A stretch of DNA of 64,000 nucleotides from the human T2T-CHM13v2.0 reference genome, Homo sapiens, in NCBI RefSeq assembly GCF_009914755.1, contig NC_060934.1; one strand, 5' to 3'. A program made the position numbers and the translations under genes. Position 1 is the first letter of the stretch. Every line of letters starts with the position of its first letter. Shown here one piece after another: positions 13,701 to 30,869 of this stretch. Below the pieces are notes generated by a model that saw only the letters and a list, made by a program, of their open reading frames with translations, had not been told where the DNA came from and did no database searches.

Positions 13701-15288
13701 GTGTTTTAAGGGCTCTGTTAAGCTACCCTTCCTAGCAATCCAGCTCAGGCCACACTCACTTTCTGGGAGTGCAGGGAGGACCAGAGCTAGCTCCTGCCTT
13801 GGGCAATTTCCCAGCACCAAGTTGTGGCCCCTCCTCTGCCTTGCATTTCTGCATAGAGACAGATTCAAGGTGAGAACTGGCCTCTGGGGATTATGGTGGA
13901 GTTGTACTGGAAGGACTTTTGGAAGCATCACAGGCTACTGAGTCCAGGGTATTGTGGCTCTGGGACACCTTGAGGAAAGTTCAGAGTTGGGGATATTTGA
14001 GCTAAGGGTGTTGTCCTGTGAGTTCTGTGCCTGGAGGACATAGGAAGGGAAGGGAAGGGAAGTGAAGGAGGATGGAACTAGTTTATGCCAAGTTAATCAC
14101 CACTGCCTGCCCCACTTTTCCATATCTCTCATGATGTTTCTATGGCACCCTTCCAATAACCAAGTTACCATTAGTTTTCAGGTTTTTGTTCTTATTGTAC
14201 TGGATCCTCAGCACATAAGTTTCTCCCCTTTCCTACTCTCGTGATTCTTCCAGATAATAACAACAATCAAAAGTAGCAACAAATAATTTGGCTCATTCTT
14301 CCCACTTTACAAAGTACTTTATGTATGCATCATCTCCTTGAATCTGGTTAACAACCTTGTGAAATATCATTATTTCAGACCTGTACCAGTATGAGGAAAT
14401 GGGGGTTCAGAAAGGTTCCTTGACCTGCCTGTTGCCACACAGCTACTAAGTAACTGCCAGAGCCCAATTCTAGTTGCTTAACTCTTCCCCTTTCTGCCAC
14501 GCAGCCTCTCCAAATAATTTCCTAATTAGTCTATTTAACGATTCTCTGTCAAGCTGGCTTCAGTTGCCCTTGCAAAGACAAGCTTGAGTGAAATCAAATG
14601 ATTTCACTGCTGAATGAAAACATTTGCATGATGCTATTTTCTAAGCCATCCTCACATGTGAGTCTCTTGGCTCAGGAAGCCAATCCAGGTTGGGGGAGAG
14701 CTGTAGAGGCTGAGGAGGGATAGGATTCCTTTCTTGTCATAGGTGAGCTAGTTAGAATTCCCAGAGCCTGGCAGCGTGTTCCTTGAAGGGCCAGTATGTC
14801 TAGGGAAGGAAGAGACAGAGGAGGCCTCCATCTTGTAACAACAGTAAGTGTTCCTCTTGCTGAGAAAATGCTCACAGCTGAAGGATAGCTATGGACCTAC
14901 TGCTTCCAACATAGGAACCCTCTTTCCAAGTGGTCTTGGCCCCTAAGTAACCCAGATGAGGACAAACTGGATAATTCAGTCAAGGAAAATTAACAAGCAC
15001 CTACTGTGTGATGGGGATATAGCAATTTATAACCCATGGTCTTGAGGGGTTTGCTTTCCAGTGGGTGACAGTCAGTAAACAAAATAAATTATTCCGTATG
15101 TTAGAAAATGCTATGGAGAAAAATAAAGCAGGGTATGGTATGTGCTATGGGTGGGATTTCAGATAAACAGGATTTAAAGTAACTGGGCAGGTTTTATTTA
15201 TTTTCAAGATGTGCATTCAGTTTATTAAAAAACCCCAAACACGAAAATTTGCACAGGGCCAGGCAGTGCAATATACCAGCCTTTCTCA

Positions 15289-15320
15289 AGTGTGTGTGCG
15301 TGTGTGTGTGTGTGTGTGTA
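15289..15320. repeat. (GT)n microsatellite
   Basis: Visible GT run with one GC interruption. Confidence 0.9.
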
Positions 15321-15594
15321 GTGTGGGTGCGTGCATGCATATAAAATGAAACTTCAAAGTGACAAGAAAGCTTTTACTCCAGGCAGGTGCTATGTCACCT
15401 TTCCTCATCTGTGCTCTTCCCAACACAAGGTTGTCATCTTTGTTGCATGTGGGTGGTGGTAACAAAGAAGAAGTCCCAACCCTCCTCAGCCTCAGCAGCC
15501 TCCTGTAAACCTGAGGGAAAAATCAGCTTTCACCTTTTGTCCTTTTCTGTGGGATGTTTTTCTTTTTCTTAGCTCATGTCATCATGCTAGCTGT

Positions 15595-16910
15595 ACGTTT
15601 TTTGGGTAGATATTCTTTACCAAACTGAGGAAGTTCCCCTCTGTTTCTAGTTTGCTGAGAGTTTTTATCATGGTAGATGTTGGATTTTGTCAAGTCCTTT
15701 TCCCACATTGATTGATGTGATCGCAGGGTTTTTCTTCTATAGTCTGTTGATGTAGCGGCTTACATTGGTTGATTTTCATATTGAACCAACCTTGCATATC
15801 TGGGATAAATCCCATTTGGTTGCATTATATAATTTTTTTTATATATTGTTGAGTTGATTTGCTAATATTGGTTGGGGATTTTTACATGTGTGTTCATGAG
15901 AGATAATTCGTCTGTAGTTTTCCTGTCTTACAATGCTGTTATCTGGTTTGGGGGTATTATAGAATGCTTCTGTTTTCTAGAAGAGATTGTAGAAAATTGG
16001 AATCATTTCTTTCTTCAGTGATTGGTAGAATTCATAGGTGAAAGCATCAGGCCTGGTGATTTCTTTTTTGGAAGGTTTATTATTGACTCAATTTCTTTAA
16101 CAGAAATAGGGATATTCAAGTTATTTATTTCTCCTTGTGTGAGTTATGCTAGTTTGTGTCTTTCAATGAATTGGTCCATTTTATATGAAGTATCAAATTT
16201 GTAAGCATAGTTATCTGTAGTAGTAATTTATTATCCTTTTAATGTCAGCAGAATCCATAATGATGACTAGTCTTTTATTTCTGATATTGGTAATTTGTGT
16301 CTTTTTTCTTTTTTTCCTGGTTATCTTCATGAGATATTTGTCATTTTTATTGATCTTTTCAAAGAACCAGCATTAGGTTTAATTAATTTTCTCTATTGTT
16401 TTTCTGTTTTCAAGTTCACTGAATTTTGCTCAAATTTTTCTTCTTTCTTTTTTTCTCACCTGCTTTAAGCTTAAATTACTATTTTTCCTCTAGTTTCCTA
16501 AGGTGTAATCTTAGGTTCATTGATTTTATAGCTTTCTTATTTTCTAACATATGCACTTAATGCTATATTTTTCCTGTTAGGCACTACTTTTTCTGCATCT
16601 GACATATTTTGATAAGTTGTATTTTAATTTTAATTTTGTTAGAAATATTTAAAAACTTGTCTTCATTTTTGACCCAAAGTTATTTAGAAATGTGTTGTTT
16701 AATTTCCAAATATTTGGGAATTTTTACAACTATCTTTTTGTGGTTATTGGTTTCTAGTCTAATTCCACTGTGGTCTGAGGACATACTTTGAAGGATTTCT
16801 ATTCTTTTAAACTTGTTAAGATGTATTTTATTGCTCCAAATATGGTGTATCTTGGTGAATATTCCATGCCAGCTTGAGAAGAAACACATATTCTGCTGTT
16901 ATTAGATGGT
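15595..16910 (-). mobile_element. Ancient L1M ORF2 fragment
   Basis: T-rich antisense L1 sequence (GAGGAAGTTCCCCTCTGTTTCTAGTTTGCTGAGAGTTTTTATCATG); ORF 16680-16889 (-) gives the endonuclease-like FTKIHHI...SDHSGIRLE. Confidence 0.85.
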
Positions 16911-17255
16911 AGATTTTGGAGTTTCATGCCAGTTTTAGATTCAGATCAAGACCACAGACTTCCCTGCCTTTCTCTCTGAGCCCATACAATGCTGCCTTCC
17001 CAGTAGGGAAGCTCCCAGCATGGTTGAAAGTTAAATGAGGGTAACTTTCAATCAGACAAGCAACCAAGTCACAGGCATTATTAGGAAGACCAGAGTCAAG
17101 AGGACAGGGAGGAGCTGGGTGATGGGTCATAGGCTAAATTATATGTGGGGTTGGGAGGAATGAGTATAATTTAAGCTCGTGTTGTATTACCACCTGTGCT
17201 TGGTACTCCATACCAATTATTTTGTGTAAGCTACCTTAGTACTCTCCAAAGTAGG

Positions 17256-17766
17256 TGGGATGGCTAATTTTGTGTGTCAACTTGACTGGGTTAAGGGATG
17301 CCCAGATAGCTGGGAAAACATTATTTCTGGGTGTGTCTGTGAGGGTGTTTCTGGAAGGGACCAGCATTTGAATCAGTAGACTGAGTAAGGAAGATTCCAC
17401 CCTCACCACGGTGGGTGGGCATCATCCAATCTGTTGCAGGCCCAAATAGAACAAAAAGGAGGAGAAAGGGAGAATTCACTCTCTCTCTTCTTAAGTTGGG
17501 ACATCCATCTTCTCCTGTCTTTGGATGTTGGAGTTTCTGGTTCTTGAGCCTTTGGACTCCAGGAGTTACACCATCAGCTCCCCTGGTTATCAGGCCATCA
17601 GACTTGGACTGAATTACCTATTGGCTTTCCTGGTTCTTCATCTTGCAGACGGCAGATCATGGGACTTCTCAGCCTCCATAATTGCGTGAGCCAATTCTCA
17701 TAATAAATCTCTTCATATGTATCTGTATATCCTGTTGTTTCTGTTTGTCTGGAGAACTCTAATACA
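17256..17766 (+). mobile_element. MLT2-type (ERVL) solo LTR
   Basis: TGGGATGGCTAATTTTGTGTGTCAACTTGACTGGGTTAAGGGATGCCCAGATAGCTGG...CTGGAGAACTCTAATACA, with TG...CA ends. Confidence 0.85.
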
Positions 17767-17924
17767 GTACAGTACATCGAAGGGGTAGGTGAAACACTAG
17801 ATCTTCTGTTTTTGTTTTTGAATCTCATTGTTTTACTATTTCTGTTTCTAGGTGTATTTTAAAATGTATGGAACATAGTAGTAGAAAACTATAAAGCAGA
17901 TAAGGACTAGTTCTTATCACCTCC

Positions 17925-18520
17925 ACTGGTAAAACCCTGGTGTAGTCACCTTGATCTCTCACTAGGATTATTGCAGTAGCCTTAGATCTATTCTCCCTGA
18001 TTTCAGCCTTCTTGCAGTGTGATCACACCAGGTGATTCTCTTACACACAGGTCAGGCCACGCCACCCTCTTCTCTGGCTTTCTGGTGTATGCCAAGTAGA
18101 GCCAAAGTTCTTACTGCTTATCTTCTCCCGTGCTGCTCTCACCTCTCTCCTGACCACCCATTTACAGGAGTCTCCTTGCTGCTTCCACCTCAGAGCTCTT
18201 GCAGTGGAGTTCCCTCTGCCTGAATCCTCTTTCCCCAAATCTATTCAACTTGCTTCCTTAATTTCTTTAAGTCTTTTAAATTTGTACCCTGCTGCATTTC
18301 CCAGTCCCCCTTCCTGCATTATTTTTTTCTCATAACATTTTCACTGTCGGACAGGTAATTTACTTATTTATTTTATGTATTGATTATCTTTCCCAAACTA
18401 GAATATAAGATACACGAGGACAAGGTTTTTGTTTTGGTACTGCTGCATTTCTGGAGTCTGATATCTACACGGAAGGTCCTCAGTGAACATTTGTTGACTA
18501 CATGAAAGAATAAATATTGC
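17925..18520 (+). mobile_element. L2 3' fragment
   Basis: GGATTATTGCAGTAGCC...TTCCCTCTGCCTGAA...ACTAGAATATAAG...ACATTTGTTGA. Confidence 0.65.
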
Positions 18521-19176
18521 AGGAGATGTTAAACTTTGTTGAGTGATGGGGTGCATAATGAAAACATTAGGTAGCCTAAGAGAAGTAAGGCTGAGTTCAT
18601 GCTGCTGCTAGAAAGAGGGAGAGCTGAGTTTCAAATTCAGGGCTTCCTGATGCCAATGCTCACACTAATCCAAGATGCCATGGGGGTCGGGGAGGGGGCA
18701 AGAGAGAGAGACAGGGAGACAGGGAGTGGGGAGAGAGAAGAATGAGGATGAGAATATGAATGAGAATAAGAATTGAACTTAAAAGAAATCATTAGGACCA
18801 AGGAGAGCAAATAGGACCCACGTTTAGTCAGCAGGCAGTTCTTTTGGGACAAGAAATCATCTTAATTCCTCCAGGACCTTTAAGATCTGGTTGTCTGCGG
18901 AATGTTTTGGGGTTGGGGGAGAGTTTCTTTATCTCCTGCAAGTTCCCTGAAGTTGAGTCTCAGGTCAGTGGAGACAGATCTCCCTCCATGGTGGACCATT
19001 GTCATCTCTATTTGTAGGGTTTCACTTAGTGAGTTAGATGTCAGCTGGCACTGCAGTTCTGACTGGAAGAGAGAAAGCACTTGAAGAGCTTCCCTACCAT
19101 TGAGGGAGAAGTCATTTTTCTAATTGTCTTCTCCACCAAAAAAGAAGTATATTCTAGCCTTGAAAATGGCAGCATG

Positions 19177-19493
19177 GGCCAGGCACAGTGGCTCATGCCT
19201 GTAATTCCCGCCTTTGGAAGGCCAAGGCAGAAGAATATCTTGAGACCAGGATTTCAGGACCAGCCCAGGCGGCATAGCAAGGCCTCTTCCCTATGAAAAA
19301 CAAATTAGTCAGGCATGGTGGCTCACACTTGTAATCCCAGTTTCTTGGAAGGCTGAGATGGGAGTATCACTTGAGCCTAGGAGTTTGAGGCTGCAGTGAA
19401 TTATGGTTGTACCACTGCACTCCAGCCTGGGTGACAGAGGGGAGACCCTATCTCTAAGAAAAAAAATGTAAAAAAAAAAAAAAAAAGGAAAAA
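19177..19493 (+). mobile_element. AluJ
   Basis: Full dimer; TSD GAAAATG(G/T)CAGCATG at 19162-19176 and 19494-19508. Confidence 0.9.
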
Positions 19494-19948
19494 GAAAATG
19501 TCAGCATGCAGTAAAACAAAAAGAAAGAGATGTTCTGTTTTGACCTCCTTCAGGTTTCCTTCTGTTCTCCAGTTCCTTTTCCTACTCAGAGCATTATTTC
19601 TTCCTTTCCAGTCCCGGACACCTAGAGCTCACCCACAAGGCGCCCAGCATTGTTGCCTGCTGTCTGTGTGAGCTGGTCTTCTCCACTGGGCTCTTTGTGG
19701 GTCCTTCTCTTTTTCCCTTTCAGTTGCTACCTTTGTTTATGAGTGTCTTCTCCCTGATGATCACATAGAAAACCCTGGGGCAGTGACAAGTAGGAGACCT
19801 CTGAGGGCACCACCTGCATATTGTGCTTGTGAGATAGTCACACCATCCAAGGAAAACAATTACAGCAGAAAACAGAGGGTCAGAGCTGGGCAGTTTGATG
19901 AAATTTAAGATTTAAAAAGCCTCAGGATACTGAATTATGTTAATCATA

Positions 19949-20689
<741 letters not shown>

Positions 20690-21090
20690 CTGTAGAAGAA
20701 AGGTTTGTGTAGGGGGGTGCCTCTGAAGTACAATTAGAGTCTGAGAAATCTGATCCCACTCTGACCCTTCCCTATGTTATCTACTGCAGGAAATAAATCT
20801 GGAGCCTATCCAAGGAGGAATAGATTGCAGTAATGGGCCCCTGCTTTGAGGAATTAGGTGTGTTGAGTGTGAGAATTTCAGTAAAGACCATAACAGAAGG
20901 AAACTCAGTTCTGAGGTCAATGTGATGAACAAAGTAGGCCCGAGGAACTGGAGGAAGTCCAGGAAAGTGGGAGAAATGTTAGGAATATGCCATTATGGAA
21001 ATGACTATTTGTCTACAGTTATTAAGAATGTTGGAAAAAAGAAAAATTCTGGTTTTATTTCATAAAAATAAAGAAGGGAACTGTCTAAGA

Positions 21091-21393
21091 CAGTGCTGTC
21101 CAATTGAAATATAACATGTGCCACATCTGCAATGTAAATTTTCTCATAGCCAAGTTAAAAAAGGAAAAAGAAACAAGTGAAATTAATTTGAATGATATAT
21201 TTTAATTTATTCAATATATCCAAATCTTATTTGAATGTGTAATTACTATAAAAATATTAATTTTATATATATTTTTCATACTAAGTATTTGAAATCTTGT
21301 ATTTGACACCTAAGCCCATCTCAATTCTGACTAGCCACCTTCCAAGTGCTCCGTAATTACATGTAGCTAATGGCTGCCGTATTGGACAGCATG
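21091..21393 (+). mobile_element. MER33 hAT-Charlie MITE
   Basis: Terminal inverted repeats CAGTGCTGTCCAAT / ATTGGACAGCATG; internal AAAGAAACAAGTGAAATTAATTT. Confidence 0.85.
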
Positions 21394-22379
21394 GGTCTAG
21401 AAGGTCCTCTTTTCTTTTCTAAAATCCTGATTATTTTATTCCTTCCTCATTATAAGCATACCCTGGTTTTGCTTGTCCTTCATGCTTCAGTGTCTAGCGT
21501 GTGTGTGCTGCATGTGGCTTTGGTTAATGGTTGCAGGGGTATAGGTTTGTCAATGTGATTGAATATAAGTAATTCGAGAATGGAGCTATGTCTTTTTACT
21601 TCCGTATTCCTTGACTCTGAAAGAATTCCTCGACTTCTGTATTCATCTGAAAGAATGGAAAGGTTGTGGAGAATGGATGGTGGATGCCCAGGGAAAGACA
21701 TTACTCCATATCTCTATCTGATCTTAGACTAAATTGCTTCGCTTCTCTGCTCTTCTCCTTCTCCGTTAAATGGGGATGGTGGGATCATTTATACCTGCCT
21801 CCAGGATTGTTTTGAGGCTAAAGGAACACTGAATATAAAAGACACTTGGAAAAACACCATGCATGTATGTGAGGGTGTATTTATTACTTTAAGATCATTG
21901 AAATCAGCTGGTTTGTCTCTCTCTCTTCATGTGACGGTAATTTCTTTGCCAGCAGGAAACCATGAGAATTATGTGAATGAGAATTATGCTCTTGCCGAGA
22001 TTGGAAGTGTGTGAATGTATGTGTTGGGGTGAGGGGGAACAAATGGATATGGATCTGAAAGTTGTCTGATGAAAGATTTCCCCACTTTGTGTGTAAGTCC
22101 ATGTTAGAAAGCTAATTAGAAAGCCAGGTGAGCTTTCTGCTCATAGGTTTTTTTTTTTTTATACTTTAAGTTTTAGGGTACATGTGCACAACGTGCAGGT
22201 TTGTGACATATGTATACATGTGCCATGTTGGTGTGCTGCACCTGTTAACTCGTCATTTAACAATAGGTATATCTCCTAATCCTATCCCTCCCCCTTCCCC
22301 CGACCCCACAACAGGCCCCAGTGTGTCATGTTCCCCTTCCTGTGTCCATGTGTTCTCATTGTTCAGTTCCCACCTATGA

Positions 22380-26185
<3,806 letters not shown>

Positions 26186-26248
26186 TATGACGTTAGCTGG
26201 TGATTTTGCTCATTAGTTGATGCAGTTTCTTCCTAGCCTCAATGGTCT

Positions 26249-27265
26249 TTACAATTTGGCATGTTTTTGCAGTGGCTGGTACCGGTTGTTCCTTTCCATG
26301 TTTAGTGCTTCCTTCAGGAGCTCTTTTAGGGCAGTCCTGGTGGTGACAAAATCTCTCAGCATTTGCTTGTCTGTAAAGGATTTTATTTCTCCTTCACTTA
26401 TGAAGCTTAGTTTGGCTGGATATGAAATTCCGGGTTGAAAATTCTTTTCTTTAAGAATGTTGAATATTGGCCCCCACTCTCTTCTGGCTTGTAGAGTTTC
26501 TGCCGAGAGATCAGCTGTTAGTCTGATGGGCTTTCCTTTGTGGGTAACCCGACCTTTCTCTCTGGCTGCCCTTAACACTTTTTCCTTCATTTCAACTTTG
26601 GTGAATCTGACAATTATGTGTCTTGGAGTTGCTCTTCTCGAGGAGTATCTTTGTGGCGTTCTCTGTATTTCCTGAATCTGAATGTTGGCCTGCCTTACTA
26701 GATTGGGGAAGTTCTCCTGGATAATATCCTGCAGAGTGTTTTCCAACTTGGTTGCATTCTCCCCATCACTTTCAGGTACACCAATCAGACGTAGATTTGG
26801 TCTTTTCACATAGTCCCATATTTCTTGGAGGCTTTGTTCATTTCTTTTTATTCTTTTTTCTCTAAACTTCTCTTCTTGCTTCATTTCATTCATTTGATCT
26901 TCCATCACTGATACCCTTTCTTCCAGTTGGTTGAATTGGCTACTGAGGCTTGTGCATTCATCATGTAGTTCTCGTGCTGTGGTTTTCAGCTCCATCAGGT
27001 CCTTTAAGGACTTCTCTGCATTGGTTATTCTAGTTAGCCATTCGTCTAATTTTTTTTCAAGGTATTTAACTTCTTTGCCATGAGTTCGAACTTCCTCCTT
27101 TAGCTCGGAGTAGTTTGATAATCTGAAGCCTTCTTCTCTCAACTCGTCAAAGTCATTCTCCATCCAGCTTTGTTCCATTGCTGGTGAGGAGCTGCATTCC
27201 TTTGGAGGAGGAGAGGTGCTCTGGTTTTTAGAGTTTCCAGTTTTTCTGCTCTGTTTTTTCCCCAT
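26249..27265 (-). CDS. L1 ORF1p (RNA-binding chaperone), intact 338-aa frame
   Basis: MGKKQSRKTGNSKNQS...RPNLRLIGVPE...YPAKLSF...QKHAKL; full length with no stops. Confidence 0.9.
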   Translation of the reverse strand: MGKKQSRKTGNSKNQSTSPPPKECSSSPAMEQSWMENDFDELREEGFRLSNYSELKEEVRTHGKEVKYLEKKLDEWLTRITNAEKSLKDLMELKTTARELHDECTSLSSQFNQLEERVSVMEDQMNEMKQEEKFREKRIKRNEQSLQEIWDYVKRPNLRLIGVPESDGENATKLENTLQDIIQENFPNLVRQANIQIQEIQRTPQRYSSRRATPRHIIVRFTKVEMKEKVLRAAREKGRVTHKGKPIRLTADLSAETLQARREWGPIFNILKEKNFQPGISYPAKLSFISEGEIKSFTDKQMLRDFVTTRTALKELLKEALNMERNNRYQPLQKHAKL

Positions 27266-27840
27266 CTTTGTGGTTTTATCTACCTTTGGTGTTTGATGAT
27301 GGTGATGTACAGATGGGGTTTTGTTGTGGTTGTCCTTTCTCTTTGTTAGTTTTCCTTCTAACAGTCAGGACCCTCAGATGCAGGTCTGTTGGAGTTTGCT
27401 GGAGGTCCACTCCAGACCCTGTTTGCCTGGGTATCAGCAGCGGAGGCTGCAGAACAGTGGATATTGGTGAATAGCAAATGTTGCTGCCTGATCATTCCTG
27501 TGGAAGTTTTGTCTCAGAGGAGTACCCGGGCATGTGAGGTGTCAGTCTGCCCCTACTGGGGGTTGCCTCCCAGTTAGGCTACTCGGGAATCAGGGACCCA
27601 CTTGAGGAGGCAGTCTGTCCGTTCTCAGATCTCCAGCTGCATGCTGGGAGTACCACTACTCTCTTCAAAGCTGTCAGACAGGGACATTTAAGTCTGCAGA
27701 GGTTTCTGCTGCCTTTTTTTTGGCTATGCCCTGCCCCTAGAGGTGGAGTCTATAGAGGCAGGCAGGCCTCCTTGAGCTGAGGTGGGCTCCACCCAGTTCG
27801 AGCTCCCTGGCTGCTTTGTTTACCTACTCAAGCCTCGGCA

Positions 27841-28284
27841 ATGGCGGGTGACCCTCCCCCAGCCTCACTGCCACCTTGCAGTTTGATCTCAGACTGCTGT
27901 GCTAGCAATGAGTGAGGCTCCGTGGGCATAGGACCCGCTGAGCCATGCGCGGGATATAATCTCCTGGTGTGTCGTTTGCTAAGACCTTTGGAAAAGCGCA
28001 GTATTAGGGTGGGAGTGACCCGGTTTTCCAGGTGCTGTCTGTCACCCGTTTCTTTGAGTAGGAAAGGGAATTCCCTGACCCCTTGCGCTTCCCGGGTGAG
28101 GCGATGCCTCGCCCTGCTTCGGCTTATGCTCAGTGCGCTGCACCCACTGTCCTGTACCCACTGTCCGACACTCCCCAATGAGATGAACCCGGTACCTCAG
28201 TTGGAAATGCAGAAATCACCTGTCTTCTGCATCACTCACGCTGGGTGCTGTAGACTGGAGCTGTTCCTTTTCGGCCATCTTTGA
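27841..28284 (+). pseudogene. L1 antisense ORF0 homologue with one in-frame stop
   Basis: ATG at 27841 gives MAGDPPPASLPPCSLISDCCASNE* (TGA 27913-27915); the same frame continues as the ORF at 27922 (GIGPAEP...KRSIRVGVTRFSRC), matching recalled ORF0 MAGAPPPASLPPCSLISDCCASN...IRVGVTRFSRC. Confidence 0.85.
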
Positions 28285-29682
28285 TCCACCCCAGTCTGCT
28301 CATAGGTCTTTAAAGTAAACAAGTCTGTCATCAGAGGCAAATTCCCCTTATCCAAGTGTTCAGTGGCTCTGAATTCCAAGAGCTCACGGCATTGTGTTAC
28401 TAACCTGTACCCAGGAGAATGGACACCTTCCCCTCTGGGAGCCTTAGAGGAACATCTGGTCTTGTCTTGTCCTGAGTGTTCGTACTTGGCCTTTCTTCCT
28501 ATGAAGGCACTTGTTTGTAAATGGTTTTACACTTTATTAAGCAATCAGTTTTTGCTTGGAACTAAACTCGTGCTAATTTACCTGGATTAATGCTGTAGGC
28601 CAACGTGGTGGGTGATGAGGGTTGGGTAAGGCCTGCGTGTGCCATGAGAGTGGGGAAGTCTGACCTAAACCCCAGGACCAACCCAAGCTTCTCATGTCTC
28701 ATGCATGTTCCATGTGGAAGGCATTTGTGCCATCCCACCATATGACGACCCCCAGGGGGCTCTCCGTTGGACACCTCTTTATTCCTTTTCTCCCCATCTA
28801 GTTTGCTCAATTGCTGTTCCAAAGTTGCTCCTCCTCAGAAATCTTCAATAGCTCTCTGTTGTCACTGGGACTTCAGAGGCATCTGCAATCTGGTTCCTAT
28901 TTATACATCCTGTGGGTAAAAAACTGCCCTATTCCCACTGAATGAGCCTTGCCTGCCCCATCTCCATTCCTCTGCCCTTTTTTTCCAGAGCTTCTCCCCC
29001 AGAATAGGACCAGCAGTCCCAGTTGACCTGGGACTAGGGCTACTTGGGATGCAAGACTTCCAGTGTTCAATCTGGTATGTTCCCTGCTCCAATACCATCT
29101 CTAGTTATTGACATTTGCCTGTTTTTAGGGTACTGCTGAATTCCCTGTTGGGCCTCTGTGGTTTAGCTCTGATTGTCTGTCCATCCATATGGTGCAGGCA
29201 TTGCCTTTTGCCATAAGTATTTGTGTTCACTCATTGTCTCCCAATCTGAACTGTAATTAATTTGAGGATGAGGATCATGTCATATTCTGTGGATTCTTTC
29301 AAGCACCTAGCACAGGACTTTCATGTGGTAGATGTTGAGATATTATTTGCTGCATGAAGGAATGGTGAATAAATTACCATTGAATAAATTACGTAGTTGT
29401 AATGAGAGAATGTATTGTAACTATGTTGATGGATTTTTATTGTTTTGTTGATTGCAAAAGAATATATATTCATTGTACTTTTGTGGAAAGTTTGGGAAAA
29501 ATAGAAAAGCGTACATATATCTCTTGTAAACCCACTATCCAGAAATACATAACTACTATTAATATCTTTGTGTGCATCCCTCCAACATCTTCCCTCCTTC
29601 CTATCCTTCTGTTTGTCCAGTCATCATCTGCATATTTCCATGTCTTTAAAAAAAACTTGGATCTTATAGTACATATAGTTTT

Positions 29683-29801
29683 GTATATTCTTAGAAGGGA
29701 TATATGTGTGTGTGTATATATATATATATATAAGATGCATACACGCTTACCTATATATTCATATACTTATATATATACATATATCCCTTCTAAGAATATA
29801 C
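29683..29801. repeat. Perfect 25-bp inverted repeat with a 69-bp TG/TA-rich spacer
   Basis: GTATATTCTTAGAAGGGATATATGT (29683-29707) and ACATATATCCCTTCTAAGAATATAC (29777-29801). Confidence 0.95.
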
Positions 29802-29823
29802 GTGTGTGTGTGCATCTCCTTTT

Positions 29824-30170
29824 TAGGGGTCCCCAACCCCTGGGCTGTAGACCAGTATCAGTCCGTGGCCTGTTAGGAACTGGGCCAGGTAGCAGGAGGT
29901 AGGTGAGCGGTGTGCAAGAGAGCATTACTGCCTAAGCTCTGCCTTCACTCAGATCAGCAGTGGCATTAGATTATTATAGGAGCATGAACCTTACTGTGAA
30001 CTGTGCAGGCAAGGGATCTAGGTTGCATCCTTCTTATGAGAATCTAATGCTTAATGATCTGAGATGGAATAGTTTCATCCTGAAACCATCCCCCACCCCA
30101 CCTTCCCATCGATGGAAAAATTGTCTTCCACAAAACCGGTCCCTGGTGCCAAAAAGGTTGGGGACCACTG
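29824..30170 (+). mobile_element. MER1B hAT-Charlie MITE
   Basis: TAGGGGTCCCCAACCCC...GGTGCCAAAAAGGTTGGGGACCACTG termini; internal GAGAATCTAATGC. Confidence 0.9.
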
Positions 30171-30188
30171 CTTTATATATATAACAGT

Positions 30189-30240
<52 letters not shown>
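30189..30240. repeat. (TCTA)13 tetranucleotide STR
   Basis: Pure run visible directly. Confidence 0.97.
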
Positions 30241-30869
30241 ATCTATCTGTCATCTCTTTTGTTCCATTTGTGTCCATACCATCAGGTTTTTTTTTCTTTT
30301 TTAACCAATCCACCATTGTTGAACATTTAAGTTTGTTTCAGAAATTTTGCTCTTATGGCTCTTTGTTCCATCCCTCATTATTTCCTTAAGATAAATGCTT
30401 AGAAGTAGAATTTCTGCTTCTAAGATTAAAGGCTTCTGAGTGATTTTTAAGATTCAGGGTGCTGCTTGTAGTTTGCAGGTCAGCTTAACCTGTGATCTTG
30501 CAATTCTAGTGCTGTTCTAAGATTTGGGCAGTGGAGGTTTGAGGAGACTTAGTTCTACTGCAGGGCTGAGAAAACCTAGGCAAGACTGAGAATTAACTTG
30601 GTTTATGGTTGATCTGGATTCTGGGAGTTTGTGTGTGTCAGGGATGATAATAGGAAGTTGATTGAAGCCAAGAAAATGGTTGGAAACCAGGTTAGGACAG
30701 TGAGAGTAGAACGATTAGGTGATGTCAGGACAAAGACCTGGGGATATACTGCACTAAATATGAGGACCTTGAAGCTGGGATGAATCCTGCCTCAGGCTCA
30801 AGGCCGTTTACACTTGACCTATCAGAAATCAAAGGATAATTTCTGTGATGGGGCTCTCCTAGGGCCTGC

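Noticed and set aside
29402-29902. 166-aa ORF
   Set aside because: Runs through a TA/TG microsatellite and MER1B; low-complexity artefact.
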